DNA of 64,000 bases from Eubacteriales bacterium (GCA_045585895.1 JAZMZI010000051.1:12696-76695); one strand, 5' to 3'. Positions 1 through 7,461 are shown, numbered from the stretch's first letter. Numbers and translations: made by a program. The notes: a model not told the origin generated them from the letters alone.

Positions 1-550
1 ATTCGAAGGTGTCCGGCGCAATATCATTCCTGAATGCTACCACATAAATTCTTTCTCTGTTCTGTGGCACTCCGAAGTTTTTACTGTTAAGTACTTTGTG
101 GAATACTTTATATCCAAGATCCTCGAAGGTTTTGCAGATAATCTTGAATGTTCTCCCTCTGTCGTGAATTACAAGTCCTTTCACATTCTCACAGAAGATT
201 ACTTTAGGCTTATGATATTCGCAGATTCTTGCAACATCCATGAATAATGTTCCACGGCACATTCCTTTGTAGTTGTCTTCGAATCCCATACGCTGACCCG
301 CCAGACTAAACGCTTGACAAGGAAATCCTGCCAGGCAGATGTCAAACTCAGGCACATCTTTTTCATCAATTTTTGTTATATCTCCTGCTATTGCGAAATC
401 GTCGTCAAAGTTTGCTCTATATGTTTTTTGCGCGTTTTCATCCCATTCGCATACAAACACCGTATCAATATCGTTGCCAAACGCTCTTTCAAAGCCAAGT
501 CGGATTCCACCGATGCCTGCAAATAAGTCTATAGATCTCAGTTTATTCAT
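1..550 (-). CDS. dcm: DNA (cytosine-5)-methyltransferase, first ~183 codons (3' end runs off the window)
   Basis: Absent from the ORF track because it has no stop in the window. Hand translation of the reverse strand from the ATG at 550-548 gives MNKLRSIDLFAGIGGIRLGFERAF...LAGFPCQAFSLAG...FCENVKGL...GVPQNRERIY. These are C5-MTase motifs I (FxGxG), IV (PCQ), VI (ENV) and VIII (QxRxR). The ATG overlaps the vsr stop (ATGA). Confidence 0.9.
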   Translation of the reverse strand, partial: MNKLRSIDLFAGIGGIRLGFERAFGNDIDTVFVCEWDENAQKTYRANFDDDFAIAGDITKIDEKDVPEFDICLAGFPCQAFSLAGQRMGFEDNYKGMCRGTLFMDVARICEYHKPKVIFCENVKGLVIHDRGRTFKIICKTFEDLGYKVFHKVLNSKNFGVPQNRERIYVVAFRNDIAPDTFE

Positions 551-957
551 TTTGAATGTACCGCCTTTTCAATTATATCTGCGCATTGTGCTGTATTCTT
601 TTTGATTTCGTTGCCCCAAAAACGGATTACTGTCCATCCTTCAACTTCGAGTTTTGCAGTTACTTCTGCATCTCGTTCCATATTTCGCTCGATTTTAGGT
701 ATCCAAAATTCTTGGTGCGACTTAAAGTCCTTTTTTCTTTCTTCCCAGTTGTATCCGTGCCAGAACTCGCTATCACAGAAGACCGCAATCTTCCTGCCAA
801 TGAATACAATATCAGGCTTTCCGTATATTCGGTTTACGTTCTTTCTATAACGCAATCCACGATTCCATAGTTCTTTCCGCAACAAGACTTCAATCTTTGA
901 ATCTTTATTTTTAACTTGTTGCATATTGAAGCTTATTTGTTCTTTAGTTTTCTGCAT
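547..957 (-). CDS. vsr: very short patch repair endonuclease
   Basis: 136 aa. Vsr hallmarks are visible: KPDIVF..KIAVFCDSEFWHG and IERNMERD. It is translationally coupled to the downstream C5-MTase, the classic vsr-dcm pairing. Confidence 0.9.
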   Translation of the reverse strand: MQKTKEQISFNMQQVKNKDSKIEVLLRKELWNRGLRYRKNVNRIYGKPDIVFIGRKIAVFCDSEFWHGYNWEERKKDFKSHQEFWIPKIERNMERDAEVTAKLEVEGWTVIRFWGNEIKKNTAQCADIIEKAVHSK

Positions 958-1162
958 TGTTTGGTACTATTTCAACGATATCATCCATTGTACATTCAAG
1001 TGCTGTGCATATCTTAACAAGCACTTCACTGCTTACAACAGCACCATCCTTCTTCATCTTCGCAAGTGTAGCTGGGCTTATTCCGGCTTTCGCAGCGAGC
1101 TCTTTGCTCTTCATTTCACGGTCGATGAGTAGTTTGAAAAGTTTCTTATAGCTTGCAGCCAT
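944..1162 (-). CDS. XRE/Cro-type HTH transcriptional regulator (controller-like, first gene of HTH-vsr-dcm)
   Basis: HTH segment KSKELAAKAGISPATLAKMKKD. I prefer the start at the second Met (1162) because AGGTGG lies 5 nt upstream. The 3' end overlaps the vsr start. Confidence 0.75.
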   Translation of the reverse strand: MAASYKKLFKLLIDREMKSKELAAKAGISPATLAKMKKDGAVVSSEVLVKICTALECTMDDIVEIVPNNAEN

Positions 1163-1197
1163 GTTCCACCTCATAATAAGTATTTTTATACGGTTTT

Positions 1198-1226
1198 ATT
1201 ATATCACTTTTCCATCTAAATTGCAA
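1198..1226 (-). promoter_or_regulatory. sigma-A-type promoter for HTH-vsr-dcm (TTGCAA-17-TATAAT)
   Basis: Reverse strand reads TTGCAA (1226-1221), a 17-nt spacer, then TATAAT (1203-1198). A TTTCGAAA palindrome lies just upstream (about 1235-1242). Confidence 0.55.
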
Positions 1227-1393
1227 GGGGAATTTCGAAAGAATTCAACGAACTTGTAATTTATTAAATCTCATTGTAACCACACATATCAGCACCTCCA
1301 AACGAGCTAACTAATCAGCACATACGGATATGATCACCGCGAAAACTGCTTTTTCTTTGTTTATTGCGGTGCAAATTTTAATTGCTGAACCTC

Positions 1394-1422
1394 TTGACAA
1401 ATGGTTGCAGAAGAGTTACAAT
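1394..1422 (+). promoter_or_regulatory. plus-strand promoter TTGACA-17-TACAAT inside repeat copy A
   Basis: TTGACA at 1394-1399, a 17-nt spacer, TACAAT at 1417-1422. Confidence 0.5.
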
Positions 1423-1429
1423 ACGACGA

Positions 1430-1541
1430 CCCTGGTGGGTAGATTCGGTGATAAAACGACCACAGCAGTTGACCACAAATCCTTGAAATAAAACGATCCG
1501 CTCCCATGAGGCCGAAGCCATCAATTTGGGAGCGGATTTTT
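1430..1541 (+). ncRNA. candidate ~110-nt sRNA (promoter to terminator; no RBS or ORF)
   Basis: Bounded by the promoter at 1394-1422 and an 11-bp hairpin (1496-1506 pairing with 1527-1537) followed by TTTTT. It contains two GACCAC motifs and is convergent with the AEP-helicase gene. Confidence 0.3.
1496..1541. terminator. bidirectional intrinsic terminator-like hairpin
   Basis: ATCCGCTCCCA...TGGGAGCGGAT with TTTTT on the plus strand and TTTTATTT on the minus strand. Confidence 0.6.
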
Positions 1542-1847
1542 ACGACCACATACACGACCATAGACGCGATCGGAGCACCTGGAGACAAGATGCCACGAGA
1601 GCACGAAAGGCCATTTTTGCCGTAGCAGAAAGGTCTGAAAAAAGATAAAATGACCAGAAAAATGTTCAAGTCGCCCTTGGGGTAATGGTGGACTGTATAG
1701 CACACAATGGAATTATTATCACATAATGGACACTATATCACACAAAAAACGTTTTTTTGCTTGTGAACTATCGGTCTCTATCCTTTTTGCACTTTTCATA
1801 TACACATATCAAAACAACTTGCAATAAATGGAAGCCTATGCTATGTA

Positions 1848-4721
1848 TTATAAAACTGTATCCATAAGTTGTCCAGCAATATCTGTGTTTTCGAACCGCA
1901 TAATGCTCTCCTCGTGTGTACCAAAACTGAGGAAATTAACGCTTCCATACCACACAACAGATTGATCGATAACTGTAAATTTCTGATGAAAATCGGATTT
2001 ATAACTAACGATCACGCCGTTTTCTTGTAATTTCTCCGCACACTCGTTAACCGTATCGCGATCTTTATCCTTAAAATCCTCGGGAGGCCGTGTAACTACC
2101 GTTACTTTAACGCCGTTTTCAATAATTGGATCAAGGATTTTAATAAGACTTGTGATCCTGCTCTTCCTCATAAACGGGCTGACGATCAGAATCTCACTTT
2201 GAGCGTTTTGCAAATCATTACAAAATCCGTGATAGAAAGATTTACCGTCATAGATCAGATCGGGAGCCGCATTGATATTTGACAGTAATTTCGTCTTGTA
2301 TCCGATGGAGGAATAGCTTTTCACGCGTTTCTGATACATTCTTTCAAGCACGGGAATATGAATATCCACGTAATCGTACACTTGAACTTCGGTTTTGCCT
2401 TCGAAATTTCTGTGGAGTCTGCCGGCATACTGCGCAACTTTTCCCTTCCATGCAATTGGCAATGCAAGGAATAACGTGTCAAGTCGAGGATAGTCAAAGC
2501 CTTCTCCTACGTATTTACCCGTTGCAACTATGACAACCGATTCATCACCTGGGATAGATTCAAGACGTTCCAGCGTTTCTCTGCGAGATTTTGTGGATGC
2601 TGTTCCTACGAGTTGAATAACATTTTTACAGTAACAAGAAAGCCGTTCTGCAAGCAATGCAACATGCTCGCGCCGTTCTGTCAATACAATTGGATTTCGC
2701 CCCTCTTTTAGTGCTTCGGCAACATCCGAAACAATCATATTATTTCGGATCTCATTCTCGGATAATTTCTTATAGACATCTGTGATGCTTGCTTTTTCTT
2801 TGGATGGATAGCGCGTGTTTGTAAATCTTGGCACAAGATAATGCTCAAAGCTGCGCTTTTCAGCTTGCTCCTTCGCATCAACACGGTATCGAATCGCACC
2901 GCACTGCATGAAAATTATCGGATGATGACCATCCTGTCTTGTCGGCGTTGCGGTCAGACCATACACATATTTCGCGTTTGCATATTTGAGTATCATTTCA
3001 AAGTTAACGGCAGAAACATGGTGACATTCGTCAACAATGATCATCCCGTAGTTCCGCACAAGCTCTTTTACCTCGTCTCCATTAACAAGCGACTGCATAA
3101 CGGCAACATCGACAACGCCGTGTACGGTATCTTTTCCTGCACCGAGAACGCCCACGGGCGACCAAACCTTCCTGCGGCCTCTGCCCTTCTTTTCCTCGGG
3201 CAGTGTTATGTCAAAATGCAGAAAACTTTCAAGAGATTTTTTCCATTGTGTCATCAAAGCCTGTGTATGAACCAATATTAGGGTGTTTGTTTTTCTTTGC
3301 CCAATCATATACGAGCCAATGACCGTCTTACCGAACGCCGTTGTTGCAGATAGAACGCCCGTATTTTGTTCCAATAGCGCATCTGCCGCAGGCTGTTGTT
3401 CCTCGCGCAACTCACCGTTAAAAGTAACAGGGATAATTTCTCCTGAATTGGTTTTATCCTCGATCACATATGACACGTTGGCTTCATCGAGTAGATTGCA
3501 AAGTGCGTCCTCACAACCGCGAGGAATGGCAATATACTCTTCCGTGATGTCGGCTGTGCATATGATTCGTGGCTTATCGTATATGGGCAATCTCATTGCC
3601 TGAGCACGGTAAAAATCGGGATTTTTGAATGCCGCCAAGCGTTTGATCTGATTCTTCGCGTTTGCGGATAATTCTGCCGCAGGAATATACAACATGTTTG
3701 CATGGACGATGTTCAGTACCATAGGGAAATCACTATGCGTAATTTTAATTTTCTTCTTCGTTTCCCAAGGCTTACTATCGGATTCGCTGACGAGTTTACC
3801 AAGCTCTCCGTCCTTGCCGAATGATAAAACGAGTGTTTCCACTGCAGCTGCAGTCATTTTTTGAACAGACGAAAGATATGCCCATTGATCGTCATAAGGA
3901 CGGAATTGCTCATCTACAAACACACTGTTTCCACTTTTCCGTGCCAGTCCTTGTAAAGGCAAAGCAACAAGATTACCGAATCCACCATCGGGCATAGTGT
4001 CTTGGTTGGGAAATAGTCTGTCGTATGACTTGAAAGATAACTCACCGCGCTTCTCCATCGCCTTAGTCAAAATACCGCTTCCAAGCTTACGAGCTAATAC
4101 AGCAGGAACAGGCGACTCGAAGAATATCCAAGCGTGAGCTCCGTTTCCCGAACGGGATCGTTCCACGCATATAGGAACATTTAATTCTTCACATACCTCT
4201 CTAAAAGCAGTAACATCTTTTTCAAACGAGTCATCATCAAAGTCGGCGCATAGAAAATGACAAGTCTCATCCTGTAGCATTGGATAGATTCCTATCACAT
4301 CACGTGGTAATCCATCCTTGCCCTCAAGATGTTTATAAATGTCTTCATCAGTTAAGGATTTTAACACCCGATTGGGACAATTGGCGCACTTGTACTTCCT
4401 TTTGTCGCATAAGCCCTCTGCCCATTCATTTTCACACACGGGCTGATAGCCGCTTTTTCCGCTCGTCGTACTTTGCCACCGTTTTGCAAACACATCCTCC
4501 CTGCCGTGAAACAGTGAACGGAACAACTCGATCTTTTCCTTTGAAGAGCTGTATTTATTTACAGAGGCAGCATGGATTATGGGTATCTCGATATTCTCTT
4601 GAGGTGCCTCTGCAAAGCCAAGCTGCCGCCGCAACTGCAAGTTTTCTTCTGAAAGCCTTTTGTTCTCACGCTCTAATTCATTATAGCGAAGCAAAAGCTC
4701 TCGATATAGCTTCTCATACAT
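1848..4721 (-). CDS. AEP (PrimPol-like primase-polymerase) - SF2 DEAH-type helicase - PLD/HKD nuclease fusion protein, 957 aa
   Basis: N-terminal coiled coil, then Cys knuckle C96/C105/C112/C115. AEP motifs are LCADFD (D160, D162) and SRSGNGAHAW (H196). SF2 motifs are AFGKT (K465), DECH (564-567), TAT (590-592) and QYAGRLHR (764-771). There is one complete HKD motif, HQKFTVIDQSVVWYGSVN (H912, K914, D919, GSxN). Confidence 0.85.
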   Translation of the reverse strand: MYEKLYRELLLRYNELERENKRLSEENLQLRRQLGFAEAPQENIEIPIIHAASVNKYSSSKEKIELFRSLFHGREDVFAKRWQSTTSGKSGYQPVCENEWAEGLCDKRKYKCANCPNRVLKSLTDEDIYKHLEGKDGLPRDVIGIYPMLQDETCHFLCADFDDDSFEKDVTAFREVCEELNVPICVERSRSGNGAHAWIFFESPVPAVLARKLGSGILTKAMEKRGELSFKSYDRLFPNQDTMPDGGFGNLVALPLQGLARKSGNSVFVDEQFRPYDDQWAYLSSVQKMTAAAVETLVLSFGKDGELGKLVSESDSKPWETKKKIKITHSDFPMVLNIVHANMLYIPAAELSANAKNQIKRLAAFKNPDFYRAQAMRLPIYDKPRIICTADITEEYIAIPRGCEDALCNLLDEANVSYVIEDKTNSGEIIPVTFNGELREEQQPAADALLEQNTGVLSATTAFGKTVIGSYMIGQRKTNTLILVHTQALMTQWKKSLESFLHFDITLPEEKKGRGRRKVWSPVGVLGAGKDTVHGVVDVAVMQSLVNGDEVKELVRNYGMIIVDECHHVSAVNFEMILKYANAKYVYGLTATPTRQDGHHPIIFMQCGAIRYRVDAKEQAEKRSFEHYLVPRFTNTRYPSKEKASITDVYKKLSENEIRNNMIVSDVAEALKEGRNPIVLTERREHVALLAERLSCYCKNVIQLVGTASTKSRRETLERLESIPGDESVVIVATGKYVGEGFDYPRLDTLFLALPIAWKGKVAQYAGRLHRNFEGKTEVQVYDYVDIHIPVLERMYQKRVKSYSSIGYKTKLLSNINAAPDLIYDGKSFYHGFCNDLQNAQSEILIVSPFMRKSRITSLIKILDPIIENGVKVTVVTRPPEDFKDKDRDTVNECAEKLQENGVIVSYKSDFHQKFTVIDQSVVWYGSVNFLSFGTHEESIMRFENTDIAGQLMDTVL
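1851..2249 (-). other. PLD-like (HKD) nuclease domain (aa ~825-957)
   Basis: A single HxK(x)4D(x)6GSxN motif. Boundaries are approximate. Confidence 0.8.
2322..3404 (-). other. SF2 helicase core (aa ~440-800)
   Basis: Walker A GKT, DECH box, TAT and QxxGRxxR. Boundaries are approximate. Confidence 0.8.
3822..4559 (-). other. AEP/PrimPol-like domain (aa ~55-300)
   Basis: DxD and sGxGxH catalytic motifs as listed for the parent CDS. Boundaries are approximate. Confidence 0.7.
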
Positions 4722-4736
4722 TTCACAGCCTCGTTT

Positions 4737-6023
4737 TTACGCCATTTTGTATTTCGTTTTATTTCCGTTTCCGACCTTTATAATCAAGCCTTTATCAAGT
4801 AGTGCTGCAATCGCAACAATTGTAGTTGTCTGCGAAAATCCGAGAGCCTTTTGAATCTCCGAGCGAGACTTAATTCCCTCTTTAAGCACAGATAACACAC
4901 CTTGCTCGTTTTCGGTCAACTCAACCTTTGTTTCCTTCACCGCCGCGTTTGTATTAGGCAACGCAATCTTAAATGCGTTATCGGATATTTCTATATGAGG
5001 CTCAAGACCATATTCTCTGTATGCTTCAATAATTTTGGGCATACCCGTTCCGTAAGCTTCAATCAAATGCAAACGATAGAACACATCTGCTAACTTTTTA
5101 TTTCGTGCAATTGAAATACCAAGCAAAATATCACTTTGTGAAATACTTCGCGCTAAGCCACCGATGGATACAAATTCTATTCTGTTATCAAAAATGCTGA
5201 TAAGTGTGCTTGCGGAAAAGCTATATTCTCTGTGAACGATGGCATTCAACAATGCCTCTCTGATTGCTTCCGTAGGATATGCTCTTTTATCAACACGGTA
5301 CAGACCTTCCGTATGTGCGTGTGTATGATTAAACTGATCTATAAACTGATACGCATCGTTAAGCTGCTTTAACAACGAACCGCAAAATTCCCGTCTATCC
5401 TTAAATACCGTCTTTTGCTCGCCTTCAAAAACTGCAATTTTTACAGTATGGGTGCACTGATCTGAAAGTAACAATGCAAGATTGGTATACGTTCCGTCCT
5501 CGCCAATCAAGCCAAGACTTCTCTTCTGTGCTTCGCCGAAAGGAATTTTCTTATTTTCAAAAACAAAATCTGCTTCATTGAAGGTTAATTCCTGAATAAG
5601 CGAGCGCGCCTCCTCATAGCTATCTCCGGCAGTCTCACGTATCATAGAGAGAATTGCACTCTCGGAAGCAGGAACAGATGATGCCCCCTGTCTCACATAT
5701 ACCCCTTCCGGACGAATACCTTTAGCTGCCAAATAGTAAGGACGGGCAGTACCGCGATTAACGGTGATTTTTACAACCTTCTTATCTTGAACGGTTTCTA
5801 CAGTAATATCACAAAACATTGCAAGATCCGGCTTAATCGCATCTCGGTTCACGTTTGACACCTGTAGCATAACTCCGTCAATATTATTGACCTCAACAGC
5901 ATTGACGTCATCGTCAATTCCGATATAAAGATTACCACCATCGGTATTTGCAAAAGCAACAAGCGTCTTTTTTATATCCTCAACATATTCCCTTTTAAAC
6001 TCGGTATTCTTATCTTCCAACAT
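4737..6023 (-). CDS. Schlafen-like AlbA_2 domain protein with HATPase_c_4-like region and C-terminal winged HTH, 428 aa
   Basis: N-terminus NTEFKREY...LVAFANTDGGNLYIGIDDD is the AlbA_2 ('divergent AAA') signature. The central REALLNAIVHREYS is the ATPase-like region typical of these proteins. The C-terminus SEIQKALGFSQTTTIVAIAALLDKGLIIKVGNGNKTKY is a wHTH. Its stop lies 15 nt before the AEP-helicase ATG, which has its own GAGG. Confidence 0.75.
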   Translation of the reverse strand: MLEDKNTEFKREYVEDIKKTLVAFANTDGGNLYIGIDDDVNAVEVNNIDGVMLQVSNVNRDAIKPDLAMFCDITVETVQDKKVVKITVNRGTARPYYLAAKGIRPEGVYVRQGASSVPASESAILSMIRETAGDSYEEARSLIQELTFNEADFVFENKKIPFGEAQKRSLGLIGEDGTYTNLALLLSDQCTHTVKIAVFEGEQKTVFKDRREFCGSLLKQLNDAYQFIDQFNHTHAHTEGLYRVDKRAYPTEAIREALLNAIVHREYSFSASTLISIFDNRIEFVSIGGLARSISQSDILLGISIARNKKLADVFYRLHLIEAYGTGMPKIIEAYREYGLEPHIEISDNAFKIALPNTNAAVKETKVELTENEQGVLSVLKEGIKSRSEIQKALGFSQTTTIVAIAALLDKGLIIKVGNGNKTKYKMA

Positions 6024-6062
6024 ATTTTACCTCCAATTCCGTTACTAACGGTTACTAACGAT

Positions 6063-6091
6063 ATTATATCAGTTATTAGCGTTACTGTCAA
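6063..6091 (-). promoter_or_regulatory. consensus promoter of the AlbA_2 / AEP-helicase-PLD operon
   Basis: Reverse strand reads TTGACA (6091-6086), a 17-nt spacer, then TATAAT (6068-6063), about 40 nt upstream of the ATG at 6023. GGAGG serves as RBS. Confidence 0.65.
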
Positions 6092-6131
6092 TAGATTCTA
6101 TTAAATTATCTCCATTTTTTCGTCGACCTTT

Positions 6132-6290
6132 TTCTTTGTTTATTGCGCCCCAAATTTTGGGGTACGGTAAACGAAAAACGAGGCCCTGTGTATCACAATA
6201 AACGGATACGCAGAGCTTGTTTTTTGACCACATGTTTGACCACTTCGACGATTGGATTACACGGAAACAGTAGTACACGAGAGCACGAAA
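6132..6290. repeat. non-coding module copy B (between the decayed and the intact cassette)
   Basis: TTCTTTGTTTATTGC (6132-6146), perfect palindrome CCCCAAATTTTGGGG (6148-6162), hairpin 6186-6194/6205-6213 plus T-run, GACCAC x2 (6226, 6238) and CACGAGAGCACGAAA (6276-6290). Confidence 0.8.
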
Positions 6291-6313
6291 ATGTACGCTT
6301 TGGTTGACAGAAT

Positions 6314-6340
6314 AGCACTAAAAAGCACTAGATAGCACTA
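6314..6340. repeat. three AGCACTA iterons with exact 10-nt phasing
   Basis: AGCACTA at 6314-6320, 6324-6330 and 6334-6340, immediately after a TTGACA hexamer (6304-6309). Confidence 0.7.
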
Positions 6341-6377
6341 GAAAAATATAAAAATCGGTCTTGGGGTGGTAGAGGCC

Positions 6378-6405
6378 GCAAGTTCAAGTCTTGTCACTCA
6401 GACCA
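6378..6405 (+). other. tRNA gene 3'-end fragment (T-arm + acceptor 3' strand + discriminator A + CCA); no 5' half
   Basis: GCAAG-TTCAAGT-CTTGT gives a G53-C61 pair and a TTCRA T-loop, followed by CACTCAG-A-CCA. The preceding TGGTAGAG resembles a D-loop. No complementary CTGAGTG or anticodon arm can be drawn upstream. Confidence 0.6.
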
Positions 6406-6453
6406 TATCGAGTGTTCATAACAGATTCAAGTTATGGACACTCGATATTTTTT
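6406..6453 (+). terminator. intrinsic terminator (17-bp stem with one G-T, T6)
   Basis: TATCGAGTGTTCATAAC...GTTATGGACACTCGATA followed by TTTTTT. Confidence 0.75.
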
Positions 6454-6490
6454 GATTATGCTTACTTTTCGGTTAAATATTGAGTTGTTT

Positions 6491-6515
6491 TGAGCAGGTT
6501 CGCCTGCTCTTTTTT
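6491..6515 (+). terminator. second plus-strand intrinsic terminator
   Basis: GAGCAGG-TTCG-CCTGCTC followed by TTTTTTT. On the minus strand there is no T-run after the hairpin. Confidence 0.7.
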
Positions 6516-6521
6516 TGGGGG

Positions 6522-7295
6522 TTATACTGCATTAGATAAGTATTCGATGGCTACACCCTTGCGTGAGTCGAGGATAGCATTTTGCAAATCATTACAAAAT
6601 CCGTGGTAGAAAGATTTACCATCATAGATCAGATCAGGAGTAGCATTGATATTTGACAACAACTTCATTTTGTACCCAATAGCGGAATAGCTTTTCACGC
6701 GCTTTTGATACATTCTCTCAAGCACGGGAATATGAATATCCACATAGTCGTAAACCTGCACCTCTGTTTTTCCGTCATATGCAGTAACATCTTTTTCAAA
6801 CGAGTCATCATCAAAGTCGGCACAAAGAAAATGACAAGTCTCATCCTGTAGCATAGGATAAATTCCTATTACATCACGCGCTAATCCTTCCTTGCTCTCA
6901 AGATGTTTATAAATGTCTTCATCAGTTAAGGATTTTAACACCCGATTGGGACAATTGGCGCACTTATACTTCCTTTTGTCGCATAAGCCCTCTGCCCATT
7001 CGTTTACGCATACAGGCTGATATCCGCTTTTGCAGCTCGTCGTGCTTTGCCAACGCCTTGCAAATACATCTTCCCTCCCTTTGAATAGTGAACGGTACAG
7101 TTCGATCTTTTCTTTTGATGAACTGTATTTGTTGATTGCATTTACTTCGCTTACAGAGATTTTGGGGGCATTATCATTCATCTCGGCTAAGCCCGGTTGC
7201 TACCGCATGCGTTCGTTTTCTTCCGCAAGACGCTTATTTTCGCTCTCTAATTCTTTATATCGAAGCCAAAGCTCGTTGTATAACCTCTCATACAT
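6522..7295 (-). pseudogene. decayed paralogue of the AEP-helicase-PLD gene
   Basis: The reading frame starts MYERLYNELWLRYKELESENKRLAEENERMR and then hits an in-frame TAG (7202-7200). The rest matches aa ~50-172 of the intact protein. At about 6779 it jumps directly to aa ~775-840 (GKTEVQVYDY...CNDLQNA). Homology is lost at about 6578. The helicase core and the HKD motif are absent. Nucleotide identity to the intact copy is about 85-90% by eye. Confidence 0.85.
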
Positions 7296-7309
7296 TTTGC
7301 GACCTCAAT

Positions 7310-7461
7310 TTAGACCACTTTATACTTAGTCTTGTTTCCGTTTCCGACTTTTACGATCAAGCCTTTCTCGATTAAGGCAGATATTGTTACTATCGTAGTA
7401 ATATGCTCAAGGAAAAATCATCTTTTGCTTTTTCGATATAACTTACAATACTCTCAAACAT
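7310..7461 (-). pseudogene. remnant of the upstream partner gene: wHTH tail only, frameshifted
   Basis: GGAGG plus ATG (7461) gives MFESIVSYIEKAKDDF. A frameshift follows at a T-run. The other frame reads EHITTIVTISALIEKGLIVKVGNGNKTKYKVV*, matching the last ~32 aa of the 428-aa protein. The 14-nt gap to the pseudo-AEP ATG mirrors the intact operon. Confidence 0.7.

Larger units (their letters stand above)
1353..1608. repeat. non-coding module copy A (downstream of the intact cassette)
   Basis: Same ordered elements as copies B and C. These are TTCTTTGTTTATTGC (1353-1367), a near-palindrome (1371-1385), a long hairpin (1496-1537), GACCAC motifs (1458, 1471, 1544, 1556) and CACGAGAGCACGAAA (1594-1608). 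It carries about 95 extra nt (about 1386-1480) relative to B and C. Confidence 0.8.

Noticed and set aside
1361-1705. 114-aa ORF in repeat copy A, and the 69-aa ORF at 6069-6278 in copy B
   Set aside because: The two repeat copies are homologous at the DNA level, but these ORFs are not homologous to each other as proteins. There is no RBS. The region is better explained by hairpins, palindromes and motifs.
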